Below are positions 48,997 to 59,670 of a DNA stretch of 64,000 bases, piece by piece. This DNA comes from an uncultured Trueperaceae bacterium (GTDB lineage Bacteria > Deinococcota > Deinococci > Deinococcales > Trueperaceae): positions 1,088,001 to 1,152,000 of the forward strand of contig CAWFFU010000003.1 of NCBI GenBank assembly GCA_963815215.1. The letters are read 5' to 3'. The notes beneath the pieces were generated by a model. It was not told the origin of the DNA. It did not search any database and saw only the letters and a list, made by a program, of their open reading frames with translations. A program made the position numbers and the translations under genes. How positions within the stretch are numbered: the stretch's first letter is position 1; each line of letters begins with the position of its first letter.

Positions 48997-49566
48997 CGCG
49001 ATTCGCCCCTTCCATCGCAGGCGCCTACCCTCACAGGCGCTCTCGAACCTGGCACGACGGTAGTCCGCCGCGACGCTCCCGGGCGTCCCCGAGGCGACAG
49101 CACCGGTCGGGCCGGAGCCGCGACAGCGAAGTCACGCGGTGGCCTCGTACGCGCCACCGCGTCCGAGTGGCGAGCGGCCGAGGGTTCGCGACCCCTACCC
49201 CCGGGCGGTGGATGGGTAACACCTCACGTCCCAGCTCTGTTCCATGTCGCCACGACGCTGTCCTGCACGGAACCGGTCCGGCCGGGATATTTGCCCCTGG
49301 GACCTCTTTCGGCGACAGACATACCCTGGATGGGTAGTGACACCGATCAGCCCGGCGTGACCGGATAGACGGTCCCGAGCGCGACGGATCCCGGGTGCAC
49401 CTTCCCTGGAACCTCCGCCCGCGAAGGCCAGCGCCGGAACAGGCGGACCGATCGGCGTTCGACCGCGGCCCCGCGCGAACCAACCACGAGCGCCCCGCCG
49501 GACGGGCCGAACGAGCACGAGGTGGGCGATGGACGCGCCTCGGGCAGAAAGGACGGGCGAGCAACC

Positions 49567-50874
49567 ATGGACGCACCCAAGAAGGACGGGTTCCTGAAGG
49601 TCACCGACACGCGGACGGAACGCAGCTACGAGATCCCGATCAGCGATGGAGCCGTCCCCGCGACGGCGCTGCGTCAGATCAAGACGTCGGACGACGACTT
49701 CGGGTTGCTCTCCTACGACCCTGCCTTCCTGAACACGGCCAGTTGCCGCAGCTCGATCACCTACATCGACGGCGCCAAGGGCATCCTCCGCTACCGCGGT
49801 TACCCCATCGAGGAGCTCGCGGTGGAGAGCTCGTTCCTGGAGGTCGCCTACCTGCTGCTCAACGGGGAGCTCCCGGGCAAGGCCGAGCTCGAGGGCTGGA
49901 CCCACGACATCACGCACCACACCTTCATCCACGAGAACGTCAAGAAGTTCATCGACGGCTTCCACCACGACGCCCACCCGATGGGCATGCTGGTGAGCAC
50001 GCTCGGCGCGCTGTCCACCTTCTACCCGGACGCCAAGGACCTGTTCGACGCCGAGCAGCGACGCACGCAGATCGTCCGGCTCATCGCCAAGATGCCGACG
50101 CTGGCGGCCTTCGCCTACCGCCATGCGGTGGGCATGCCGATCGCCTACCCCGACAACGACCTGACCTACCCCGGCAACTTCCTCAACATGATGTGGAAGG
50201 CCACCGAGCTGAAGTACAAGCCCAACCCGGTGTTCGAGCACGCCCTGGACGTCCTGTTCATCCTCCATGCCGACCACGAGCAGAACTGCTCGGCCAGCAC
50301 CATGCGCGTCGTGGGAAGCGCGCAGGCCGATCCCTACTCGGCCGCCGCTGCGGCCTCGGCCGCTCTGTACGGGCCGCTCCACGGCGGAGCCAACGAGCAG
50401 GTCCTGAGGATGCTGAACGAGATCGGCTCGGTCGAGAACGTGCCCGCCTACATCGAGCGCGTGAAGCAGGGCGAGTTCCGACTGATGGGGTTCGGGCACC
50501 GTGTCTACAAGAACTTCGACCCGCGCGCCAAGATCATCAAGAGCGTCGCCGACGAGGTCTTCGAGGTGACCGGTCGCAACCCGCTGCTCGACGTGGCGCT
50601 GGAGCTCGAACGCATCGCCCTCGAGGACGAGTACTTCGTCTCGCACAAGCTCTACCCCAACGTCGACTTCTACTCCGGCATCATCTACCAGACGATGGGC
50701 TTCCCGGTGGAGATGTTCCCCGTCCTGTTCGCCATCGGGCGCATGCCCGGCTGGCTGGCCCAGTGGCAGGAAGGCCTGCTCGACAGCGAGCAGCGCATCT
50801 CGCGCCCGCGTCAGCTCTACGTCGGCGAAGGGGAGCGGCACGTGGAGGTCGGTCGGGCGTCGTCCTTCGACTGA
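49567..50874 (+). CDS. gltA: Citrate synthase
   Basis: YDPAFLNTA, GILRYRGYPIE, LHADHEQN, GPLHGGAN, GFGHRVYK, YPNVDFYSG. Confidence 0.97.
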   Translation: MDAPKKDGFLKVTDTRTERSYEIPISDGAVPATALRQIKTSDDDFGLLSYDPAFLNTASCRSSITYIDGAKGILRYRGYPIEELAVESSFLEVAYLLLNGELPGKAELEGWTHDITHHTFIHENVKKFIDGFHHDAHPMGMLVSTLGALSTFYPDAKDLFDAEQRRTQIVRLIAKMPTLAAFAYRHAVGMPIAYPDNDLTYPGNFLNMMWKATELKYKPNPVFEHALDVLFILHADHEQNCSASTMRVVGSAQADPYSAAAAASAALYGPLHGGANEQVLRMLNEIGSVENVPAYIERVKQGEFRLMGFGHRVYKNFDPRAKIIKSVADEVFEVTGRNPLLDVALELERIALEDEYFVSHKLYPNVDFYSGIIYQTMGFPVEMFPVLFAIGRMPGWLAQWQEGLLDSEQRISRPRQLYVGEGERHVEVGRASSFD

Positions 50875-50907
50875 GGCCCGCGCACCGCAATCCCAAGACC
50901 ACAACGC

Positions 50908-50947
50908 CACGGCCACGGCGACCGGAGTTCCGGTCGCCGTGGCCGTG
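50908..50947 (+). terminator. Perfect 18-bp hairpin after gltA
   Basis: CACGGCCACGGCGACCGG-AGTT-CCGGTCGCCGTGGCCGTG; no U-tract. Confidence 0.65.
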
Positions 50948-51129
50948 CCCTATCGTGGCGCTGCACCGACCGCCCCCGTGCAGACGGCTGCCCGAACACT
51001 TGCGAAGCGTCGCCGACGCTATCCTCGAGCCAGCCCGCGGGGCGGCGCATCACGTCGCAGGGCCCGAACGCTGTCACGGGCATCCGGAGCGGCGGGGGAC
51101 CGAACCGATGCAACGGGAAGAGGTGAGCC

Positions 51130-52050
51130 ATGGCGCACGCTGTCCGCTTCAACGAATACGGAGGGATCGACGTCTTGCAGGTGGTGGAGGTGGAGCGCCG
51201 GCCGCCGCCCCCAGGCAGGGTGCTGGTACGTGTGAGGGCGGCTGGCATCAACCCCGGTGAGGCCGCCATCCGCCAGGGCCGCATGGCGCACCGTTTCCCA
51301 GCGACCTTCCCGTCCGGCGAGGGCAGCGACCTCGCAGGCGTCGTCGAGGAGGTCGGCGAGGGTGTCGACGCCTTCGCGGTGGGGGACGAGGTTCTCGGCT
51401 TCAGCCACGATCGCTCGAGCCACGCCGAGTTGGTGGCCGCCGAGGCCGAGAAGCTCGTGCCCAAACCGCCCGAGGTGTCCTGGGAGGCCGCCGGGGCGCT
51501 CTTCGTGGCGGGCACGACCGCCTACGCGGCCGTCCGCGCCGTGGACCTGCACCCCGGCGACACCGTTGTCGTATCGGCCGCCGCCGGCGGGGTCGGCACG
51601 CTCGCCGTCCAACTCGCACGCCAGGCCGGCGCGAAGGTGATCGCGCTGGCCAGCCCGCCCCATCACGCATGGCTGGCCGAGCACGGCGCGCTGCCGGTGA
51701 CCTACGGCGACGGCGTGGCGAACCGCATCCGTGAGGCGGCCGGCGGCCGGGTCGATGCCTTCATCGACGCCTACGGGGCGGACTACGTGGACCTCGCCCT
51801 CGAACTCGGCGTGGCGCCGGAACGCATCGACACCATCGCCAACTTCGCGGCCGGGGAGAAGTACGGCGTCAAGACCGAGGGCACGGCGCGCGCCGCCAGC
51901 GCCGAGGTGCTCGGTGAGCTGGCCGCCATGATCGCCGCGGGCGACCTCGAGGTGCCGATCGCGCGGGTCTACCCCCTCGACGAGGTCCGCGACGCCTACC
52001 GCGAGCTGGAGCACCGTCACACGCTGGGCAAGATCGTCCTGCGGCCCTGA
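51130..52050 (+). CDS. NADP-dependent oxidoreductase (MDR/quinone oxidoreductase)
   Basis: VRVRAAGINP, AAAGGVG, GKIVL; no Zn-binding Cys cluster. Confidence 0.9.
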   Translation: MAHAVRFNEYGGIDVLQVVEVERRPPPPGRVLVRVRAAGINPGEAAIRQGRMAHRFPATFPSGEGSDLAGVVEEVGEGVDAFAVGDEVLGFSHDRSSHAELVAAEAEKLVPKPPEVSWEAAGALFVAGTTAYAAVRAVDLHPGDTVVVSAAAGGVGTLAVQLARQAGAKVIALASPPHHAWLAEHGALPVTYGDGVANRIREAAGGRVDAFIDAYGADYVDLALELGVAPERIDTIANFAAGEKYGVKTEGTARAASAEVLGELAAMIAAGDLEVPIARVYPLDEVRDAYRELEHRHTLGKIVLRP

Positions 52051-52099
52051 AGCCGGGCACACCCGGGCGGGCCTGCGCGATCGAGTGCGCGCGCCGGCC

Positions 52100-52417
52100 T
52101 CAGCGCCGCCGCCGCCGCGATCCCGCGAAGATGCCGCCCGTGAACCCACCGATGCCGAGCATGAATCCGAAGTCGTACCAGCGGCCGACGTTCGGGTAGG
52201 CGTAGATGCGCACGCCGTCTACGAACAGGCTCACCACGAAGGTGATCGGCGCGATGATGCCCTGCCACAACCCCAGCCAGAAGCCGGGCATTCCGGGGCC
52301 AACCGCAGGCGCAGGCTGCGAGGCGGCGCACCCCGCCAGGACCAGCGCCAGCAGCACCGGCGCCACGAGCAGCAGCGCTCTTCGCGTCACCCGGACCCTG
52401 CCGATTCCATCGTGCAT
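52100..52417 (-). CDS. Small membrane lipoprotein
   Basis: LAGC lipobox, PGFWLGLWQG, WYDFGFMLG. Start position uncertain. Confidence 0.7.
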   Translation of the reverse strand: MHDGIGRVRVTRRALLLVAPVLLALVLAGCAASQPAPAVGPGMPGFWLGLWQGIIAPITFVVSLFVDGVRIYAYPNVGRWYDFGFMLGIGGFTGGIFAGSRRRRR

Positions 52418-52623
52418 CGTTCCCGCCCCTCTGGGCCCGTCGCCAGGGTCTCGTTGCTGCCGCTCGCGGACGGGCCCGGACCGATGCTAGGGAGTGACCG
52501 GCGCCCAGGCAAGAGCAGAAGGTCCCCCGCAGGCTCAGGACGACGTATCAGGCGACGTCTCGGGCGACCGCAGGCCCTGCCGCTCCTCGCCGGGGGCCGG
52601 CTGTGAGGAGCCGGCGCCCGGCG

Positions 52624-53883
52624 TCACAACGCGAGCCCGACGCTCACCACCCCGAAGGCCGTGGTGAGCAGCAGCACGGCGGCGACGGTCAACGCCGGGA
52701 TCCCGCGCAAGCGGTGCTCCGCCGGCAGGGCGCGGCGCGCCAGCAGGAACAGGAAGCCCAGCACGACCGGCAGCAGCATGGCGTTCATGACCTGGACGCC
52801 GATGCTGAGTCGCACCAGGTTCACGCCGGACAGCACCACGGCGGCGCTGCCGACGATGGCGACCAGGTAGATGCCATAGAACCAGGGCGCCTCGCCGGCG
52901 GAGTGCGCCAGCGAGTGACGGTAGCCGGCGACCTCGCCCAGTCCCCAGGCGACGGCCAGCGACACCACCAGCGCGGCCACCAGCGACGCGCCGAGCATGC
53001 CGAGCGCGAACAGCGCCGCGCCGTAGGTCGGACCGAGCAGCGGCGTCAGCGCGCTGGCGATCTCCGGCACGGTCCCCAGGGCCGATCCCGCCGCGGCGCC
53101 GCCCGCGTGGAGGGTGGCGGCGGTACTCACCAGCACCGCAGCCATGATGACCTGCGTGAGCACAGCCCCGACGGCGGTGTCGATGCGGGCCGCAGGCAGG
53201 TCCTTCGCGGTGAGCCCCTTCTCCACGACCGCCGACTGCTGATAGAAGATCATCCAGGGCATGATGACGGCGCCGATATTGGCGGCGATGAGGTAGAGGT
53301 AGGGGCCGTGGCTCCACGGCAGATGCTGCAGATCGCTCAGGAACAGGCTCGGCGACGGGTGCGCGTGCCAGGCCACCACCACGTACAGGAACTCCAGGCT
53401 GCCGACGGCGCCGGCGACGAGCTCGACCCGCCGGTAACCGCCGCGCGCCGCGATGATCGCCAACCCGGCCACGGCGGTGCCGACGCTGAGGTAGGGGGGA
53501 ACGCCGAACACCTCGCCGGCGCCGGCCACGCCCACGAACTCGGTGCACAGAGCGCCCACGCCGGCGAGGGCCAGCGTCCCGACCGAGAACCACGCCCAGC
53601 GCTTGCCGAAGTAGCGGCGGATTAGCTCGCCGTGCCCCTGGCCGGTGACGGCGCCTAGACGCACCGTCAGCTCCTGGACGACGAACAGGATGGGCACGAG
53701 GGCGACCTGCAGCCACAACAGGTCGTACCCCCAGGCCGCGCCGGACTGCGCTGCGGTCACGATGCTGCCCGCATCGGTGTCCGCCAGCATGACCACCAGC
53801 CCGGGACCCATGACGGCCAGCACCAACGCCAGGCGTCCCGGCCGGGCGCGGCGGCGCCCGGCCGGCGGCGGTGTCAGCGCCAC
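52624..53883 (-). CDS. NRAMP-family divalent metal transporter
   Basis: MGPGLVVMLADTDAG, QSGAAWGY, IGAVIMPWMIFYQQ. Start position uncertain. Confidence 0.88.
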   Translation of the reverse strand: MALTPPPAGRRRARPGRLALVLAVMGPGLVVMLADTDAGSIVTAAQSGAAWGYDLLWLQVALVPILFVVQELTVRLGAVTGQGHGELIRRYFGKRWAWFSVGTLALAGVGALCTEFVGVAGAGEVFGVPPYLSVGTAVAGLAIIAARGGYRRVELVAGAVGSLEFLYVVVAWHAHPSPSLFLSDLQHLPWSHGPYLYLIAANIGAVIMPWMIFYQQSAVVEKGLTAKDLPAARIDTAVGAVLTQVIMAAVLVSTAATLHAGGAAAGSALGTVPEIASALTPLLGPTYGAALFALGMLGASLVAALVVSLAVAWGLGEVAGYRHSLAHSAGEAPWFYGIYLVAIVGSAAVVLSGVNLVRLSIGVQVMNAMLLPVVLGFLFLLARRALPAEHRLRGIPALTVAAVLLLTTAFGVVSVGLAL

Positions 53884-53904
53884 GACGGGCCCCCGATGCA
53901 GCCC

Positions 53905-53940
53905 CCACTGCGATCCCCACTGCGATCCACGCTGCGATCC
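53905..53940 (-). repeat. 12-bp tandem repeat x3 upstream of the NRAMP gene
   Basis: CCACTGCGATCC, CCACTGCGATCC, ACGCTGCGATCC. Confidence 0.8.
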
Positions 53941-54067
53941 AGGCTGTGGCCTGCGCGGTCGGCCCGCCGCGTGCGGCGCGGGGAATTCAATCCCGACCGC
54001 GAGGCTCGGATATCCACGGCCCGAGCACACCACGCCTGTCCTGGCCGCCGCAGAGTCGAATGTCCCG

Positions 54068-56353
54068 CTAGTGTCCCGCGGCGGCGGAGCCGGTGCTCGC
54101 CGGAACCGTGGACGCCGAACCAGCACTCGTCGGGACCGAGGACGCCGACGCGGCTCCGGCCGGGAAGAGCTGTCCGACGTTCTTCGGATCGACCGAGATC
54201 ACCCGGATCCGGTCGGGCGGCGTGGCCGCGGTGGCACGAAGTCCGGTAGAGGTGTCGATGGCGACACGCAACCCACCACCGCCCAGCAGTGAACGACCCT
54301 TCAGTACCGAGCCGGCCTCGAACGCGGCCTTGGTGCCCGCCGGATCCGGAGCGCCCGTCTTCAGGTCGATCCGGTGGAAGACGATGCCCGCCGGCACCGG
54401 GAAGCCGTTCGGATCCGTGGAGTGCCCCTGCAGCGCCCCCTGCACGAACCGGTTGAAGGCGTAGATGGGCTGCTGCGAGCTGGTCACCAGATGCTGGCTG
54501 CCGTCGGCGTACACCATGTGCCTGGGCATAGGCGCGTTGTCATCGTTGCCGATCCATACCGCCGTGACCAGGCCGGGCGTGAGACCGACGAACCAGATGT
54601 CGCGCTCGCTGTCCGTGGTGCCGGTCTTGCCCGCGATCCAGCGCCCCGACGCCTGCGCGCGCCACGACAGGGCCCAGTACGGCCGCCTGTCCTTGACGGT
54701 GCCGTGCATCATGTCGAGCACGATGTAGGCCGTTTGCGGGCTCCACACCCGTGTACGACGCGGGTGAGCCTGATAGAGAACGTCGCCGCGCGCGTCGACC
54801 ACCTTCCGCACGAAGTACGGCACGGTGTACACGCCACCGTTGGCGAAGGCGGCGATCGCCGCGGCATGCTGCATGGGCGTGACCACGAAGCTGCCGAGCG
54901 CCATGCCCAGGTAGGGCTTGACGTCGTAGCCCAGCAGCCGCGCCTTGGCCGCCACGGCCTGCGGGGAGGCTTCCTGAAGCGCCTTCACCGCCGGGATGTT
55001 GCGGCTGCGGTCGAGCGCCAGCCGCGCGGTCTCGTACCCTTCGTAAGCGTTGTCCCACTCCTTGGGCCGGTAGTCGGGCTTGCCGTTGACCTTGAAGGTG
55101 GTGGGATCGTCGACCAGGATGCTCGCTTCGTTCAGGGCGCCCTCCTGGATGCCGGTGGCGTAGACGATGGGCTTGAACGACGAGCCGGGCTGACGGTAGG
55201 CCTGGAGGGCGCGGTTGAAGTCCTGCGGCCTGCGATCGCCGCCCAGCTTCTGCCCCACCATCGCCAGCACCCCGCCGCTCTTGGGGTCGATGCCCACGAT
55301 GGCCATCTGCGCTCCCTTGGGCACCTGAGTATCACGGCTGGCCGCCATCGCCGCCTTCTGAGCCTGGACGTCGATGGTGGTGTAGACACTCAATCCCCCG
55401 CTGCCGAACACCACGCTGTCGCCGTAGCGCTTCACCAGCCAGTTGCGGACCGCCAGCATGACGCCGCGGGACAGACTGGTGTCGATACTCGAGGCCACCT
55501 GTACGGCGGACCCGGTGCGCGTCGCCTTCACGATGTTGCCGTGGCCGTCGTAGGTGACGGCCCATCCCCGGGGCTCGAGCCGGTAGTTCCACGCCTGTCG
55601 CGCGTCCGCCGCCGAGATCGATCCCCGGCGCACCATCTTGTCGAGCACCACCCTCATCCCGTGCCGGGCTGCGGCGAAGTCGCCGTGCATGGCGTTGGGC
55701 GCGGGCACCAGCACCGCCAGGTAGAGCCCCTGCGCCAGATTGAGCTGGATCGGGTCGAGCCCGAAGTAGGCCTGCGACGCCGCCCGGATGCCGTAGACGT
55801 TGCCGCCCCAGAACACCACGTTGACGTAGCGCTGCAGGATCTCCTTCTTGGTCAGGCGTTGCTCCAGCTCGATCGCCAGCAGGAACTCCTTCACCTTGCG
55901 GTTCAGCGAGCGCTCGTCGGCGATGTCGCGAAGCACGGTGTTCTTGACCAGCTCGGTGGTGATGGTCGAGCCGCCACGTCGTGACCGGCCGACGAGCACC
56001 TGGTAGACGGCCTTGGCGATGCCCGAAGGGCTGAAACCGTACTCGCGGAAGAACTGATCGTCCTCGGAAGCCACCAGCGCCTCCAGCGCCGCGGGGGACA
56101 CCTGGCTCAGGGTCACGGGGATACGGTTGGTGGGCTCCTTGTTCTTGCCGATCGCGGGCACCAGCGTGCCGATCGAGGTGCCGTCACGGGCGTACACGGT
56201 GGAGTCCGAGGTGTACTGGAGTGCCTCCACCGGCGCCAGCGACGGCAGGTTCTGCGCCCAGTGCAGCGCCGACGACCCCAACAGGGCCGCCAGGGACAGC
56301 ACCGCCGTGAGCGCGAGCAGCAGCAGGCCCTGCACGATCTTCACGGGCACCAT
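54068..56353 (-). CDS. Class A penicillin-binding protein (transglycosylase/transpeptidase, PBP1A-like)
   Basis: SEDDQF, GGSTIT, RKVKE, RQPGSSFKP (SxxK), SRN, GKTGT. Confidence 0.93.
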   Translation of the reverse strand: MVPVKIVQGLLLLALTAVLSLAALLGSSALHWAQNLPSLAPVEALQYTSDSTVYARDGTSIGTLVPAIGKNKEPTNRIPVTLSQVSPAALEALVASEDDQFFREYGFSPSGIAKAVYQVLVGRSRRGGSTITTELVKNTVLRDIADERSLNRKVKEFLLAIELEQRLTKKEILQRYVNVVFWGGNVYGIRAASQAYFGLDPIQLNLAQGLYLAVLVPAPNAMHGDFAAARHGMRVVLDKMVRRGSISAADARQAWNYRLEPRGWAVTYDGHGNIVKATRTGSAVQVASSIDTSLSRGVMLAVRNWLVKRYGDSVVFGSGGLSVYTTIDVQAQKAAMAASRDTQVPKGAQMAIVGIDPKSGGVLAMVGQKLGGDRRPQDFNRALQAYRQPGSSFKPIVYATGIQEGALNEASILVDDPTTFKVNGKPDYRPKEWDNAYEGYETARLALDRSRNIPAVKALQEASPQAVAAKARLLGYDVKPYLGMALGSFVVTPMQHAAAIAAFANGGVYTVPYFVRKVVDARGDVLYQAHPRRTRVWSPQTAYIVLDMMHGTVKDRRPYWALSWRAQASGRWIAGKTGTTDSERDIWFVGLTPGLVTAVWIGNDDNAPMPRHMVYADGSQHLVTSSQQPIYAFNRFVQGALQGHSTDPNGFPVPAGIVFHRIDLKTGAPDPAGTKAAFEAGSVLKGRSLLGGGGLRVAIDTSTGLRATAATPPDRIRVISVDPKNVGQLFPAGAASASSVPTSAGSASTVPASTGSAAAGH

Positions 56354-56652
56354 GCTAAGGGAAGGGGATGAGCCGGGATTAGGAAGATCGCGATGATCGA
56401 CCCGTGTCTGCGCGTCGAGGGCGGTCGCGCAAGCGGTCTGTCACGGCCCCGACGGCGCTTCCGTGCTGTACTGGTGTCACGACGTGCGCGGCGTCCGCTT
56501 CGGTACCGGGTCTCCCCATCCTCCCCAACACTGTTGACCGAGCCCGGTTGAACCGACCCGACGTCCGAGAGGAACGGGGGCATGGCGCGCCAGCGATGCG
56601 CAGGGATCGATCGATCGGCTGACCGGGTCGGATCCGAGACCGGGCCAGCACC

Positions 56653-59600
56653 GTGAGTACCGACGCGGTGCGCGTTAGCACACGCGCCATCGAGCGCTTC
56701 TTCCAGCTGTCGGGGGACCTCTTCGCAATCGTCGACTTCGCTGGGGTGGTGCGCTACGCGAACCCGGCTTGGACGCAGATACTGGGCTATCCTCCGGAGG
56801 AGGTCGTCGACCGGCACCTCGGGTCGTTCCTCGACCGAGAGGATTGGACGCGCACCGAAGAAGCGTCCCGTACGGCGATCGACGCGGGCGCCCTGCACGG
56901 GTTCGAGAACCGCTTCCGCCACCGCGACGGCAGCACCCGTTGGATCCAGTGGAACATCCAGGTCGACAACGACGAGCGGCTGGCGTACGGCATCGGCCGG
57001 GACACCACCTCCCGCAAGGCCACCGAAGCCGCCCTCGCCGAGTCCGAGGCGACCTATCGCGCCCTGTTCGACTCGAGCCTCGACGGCATCATGCTCGCCG
57101 ATCCCGACGGCCACGCACGGATGGCCAACCCCGCCATGCGCGCCATGATCGGCTGGCCCCTCGACGCCAACGAGCTGTGGCACCGCCACGACGTCGTCGA
57201 TCCCGACGACCCCAAGGTGGCGGCCTTCCTCTCGGAACGCGCCCGGACCGGGCACGTGATCCGCGAGCTGCTCCTCAAGCGCCGTGACGGCAGCCGCTTC
57301 GCCGCCGAGATCTCCGCCTCGACCTACATCGACGCTTCGGGGCGCGAGCGCACCAGCATCGTGGTCCGCGACGTCAGCGAGCACCACCGCTTGAAGGGTG
57401 CGCTGGGAGCGGCCGCCGAGCGCGTGACGCTGCAGGGGGCCGCCATGGAAGCAGCGGCCAACGCCATCGTGATCACCGATCGTTCCGGCACCATCGAGTG
57501 GGTCAACTCGGCCTTCACGGCCATCACCGGCTATACGAGCTCCGAAGCCGTAGGCCAGAATCCCCGGCTGCTCCGGTCGGGAAAGCACCCGCCGGGGTAC
57601 TACCGGGACCTGTGGGACACCATCTCGGCGGGTCACGTTTGGCGCGGGGAACTGGTGAACCGGCGCAAGGACGGCACCCTCTATCCCGAGGAGCAGACGA
57701 TCACGCCCGTCCTGGAGGACGGCGCTATCCACCACTTCATCGCCGTCAAGCAGGACGTCAGCGAGCGCCGACGCGCCGAGCGGGAGCTGCGCGAGAGCGA
57801 AGCCACCTTCCGGCAGCTGTTCCATGCCAATCCACTGCCGATGTTCGTGTGTGACGTCGACTCCTTCGCCTTCCTGGCGGTCAATGAAACGGCCTTGCGG
57901 CACTACGGCTATGCCGAGGACGAGTTCCTGGCGATGACCCTCCGCGATCTGCTCGCAGCAGACAATCCCGCAGCAGACGATCCCGCAGCGGACGATCCGG
58001 CAGGGTCCGGCCCCGGACCGGGTGGGGCCGACGGGCCGATCGCCTCCACGGGGACCTGGCGCCACGTCCGGAAGGACGGCAGCCTCATCGACGTCGAGCT
58101 GGCGGGCCACCCCCTGCCGTACGGCGACCGCCGCGCCGTGCTGGTGGTGGTCCAGGACGTCACCCGCCAACTGCAGGCCCAGGACGCGCTGAGAGCAGCG
58201 AGGAGCACTACCGCATGCTGGCGGAGAACGCGACGGACGTCGTGAGCCGGGTCAGGCTGCGTCCGAGTCTGAGCTTCGAGTACATCAGCCCGTCGGTCGT
58301 GGACCTCATCGGCTACACCCCCGAGGAGCACTACACGAACCCCGACATCTTCTTCACCACCATGCATCCCGACGACCGGGGTTTCCTCGATGCGATGAAC
58401 AGCGACCCCGGCCCGACGCTTTCGATCGTCCGCTTGTTCCACAAGGACGGGCATCTCGTGTATGTCGAGCAACACAGCCGACCCATCTTCTCCCGCGACG
58501 GCGCCCTGGAGGCCGTCGAGGGTATCCTGCGGGACGTCACCGATCGCGTGAAGGCCGACCAGCGGGCCACCGATCTCTACAATCCGGCTCGAGCGGCAAC
58601 TGAGCCGCGCCAAGGCGATCCACCGTGTCGACGCCGCCATCCTCTACGACTCAACCCTCGCCAGCATCCTCGCCGCCGCCCTCGACGAGATGACCGAGGC
58701 GCTGGACATCGACGCCGCGGCCGTGTTCCGCTTCGACCCCTCCCGCCGCGCCCTGCACATGCTGGCGGGCCGTGGCATGCCGGAGCACACCGCCGTCATC
58801 CCCCTCGGCCGCGGGCTGGCCGGGAGGGCGGCCCGAACGCGCGCCGCGGCATCCGTCCTCGACGCCGACGCGCCCGGAGCCAAGGGCGTGCAGTACGTCA
58901 AGCGCTTCGGGTTCCGTGGCTGCTTCGCCGTTCCGCTCATCAGCGCGGGTAGGCTCGAAGGTGCGATCGAGCTGTTCACGCGTGCTCCCCTGCACCTCGA
59001 CGATGACGCCCACGTGTTCACCGAGGCGCTGTCCAACCAGATCGCGCTCGCCATCCAACGCGACGACCTCATGAGCGACCTCTACGACGCCAACGCCGAG
59101 CTGGAGGACGCCTACGACCGGACGATCGAAGGCTGGGCGTTGGCGCTCGACCTCCGGGACGAGGACACCGCCGGCCACAGCCAGCGCGTGACGGCGATGG
59201 CGCTGGACCTGGCCGCCAGACTGGGCGTACCGGAAGCCGACCGGCCGCACCTGCGGCGCGGAGCGCTGCTCCACGACATCGGCAAGATGGCGGTGCCCGA
59301 CGCCATCCTCCTCAAGCCCGGCCGGCTCACGCCGGAGGAGTTCGCGGTCGTGAAGCTGCATCCCGGAAACGCCTACGACATGCTCAAGGGCATCCACTAC
59401 CTGCAACCGGCGCTCGCCATCCCCCGCTATCACCACGAGCGCTGGGACGGCGGCGGCTACCCCGAGGGGCTCTCCGGCGAAGCCATCCCGCTGGAAGCAA
59501 GGATCTTCGCGGTCGTCGACGTCTACGACGCACTCACCAGCGACCGGCCCTATCGCGCGGCCTGGAGCCCGATGGCGGCGCTCGCCCACATCGAGGAGGG

Positions 59601-59670
59601 TGCGGGCGCGCATTTCGACCCGCAGGTCGTCCGGGCGTTCGTAGCCATGGTTATGGGGCGCGAGACCTAG
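56653..59670 (+). pseudogene. PAS x5-GAF-HD-GYP phosphodiesterase split by two compensating frameshifts (pseudogene or sequence error)
   Basis: PAS repeats in 56653-58245, a fifth PAS in another frame from about 58197, then return to the original frame at about 58585. HDIGK and HHERWDGGGYP are intact. Confidence 0.8.
57955..57999 (+). repeat. In-frame 15-bp tandem repeat x3 (AADxP) within a PAS domain
   Basis: GCAGCAGACAATCCC GCAGCAGACGATCCC GCAGCGGACGATCCG. Confidence 0.8.

Noticed and set aside
49195..50916. 573-aa ORF antisense to gltA (and similar antisense ORFs over the ABC, PBP and HD-GYP genes)
   Set aside because: Mirror ORFs caused by strong GC3 bias in the sense gene; no independent motifs.
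7534..50947. Long perfect hairpins (7534, 11433, 18075, 50908) as a REP/MITE family
   Set aside because: Their sequences are unrelated and each sits just after a stop codon, consistent with terminators or mRNA stabilisers.
53884..54067. Possible yybP-ykoY or M-box riboswitch upstream of the NRAMP gene
   Set aside because: No recognisable conserved core; only a short tandem repeat is present.
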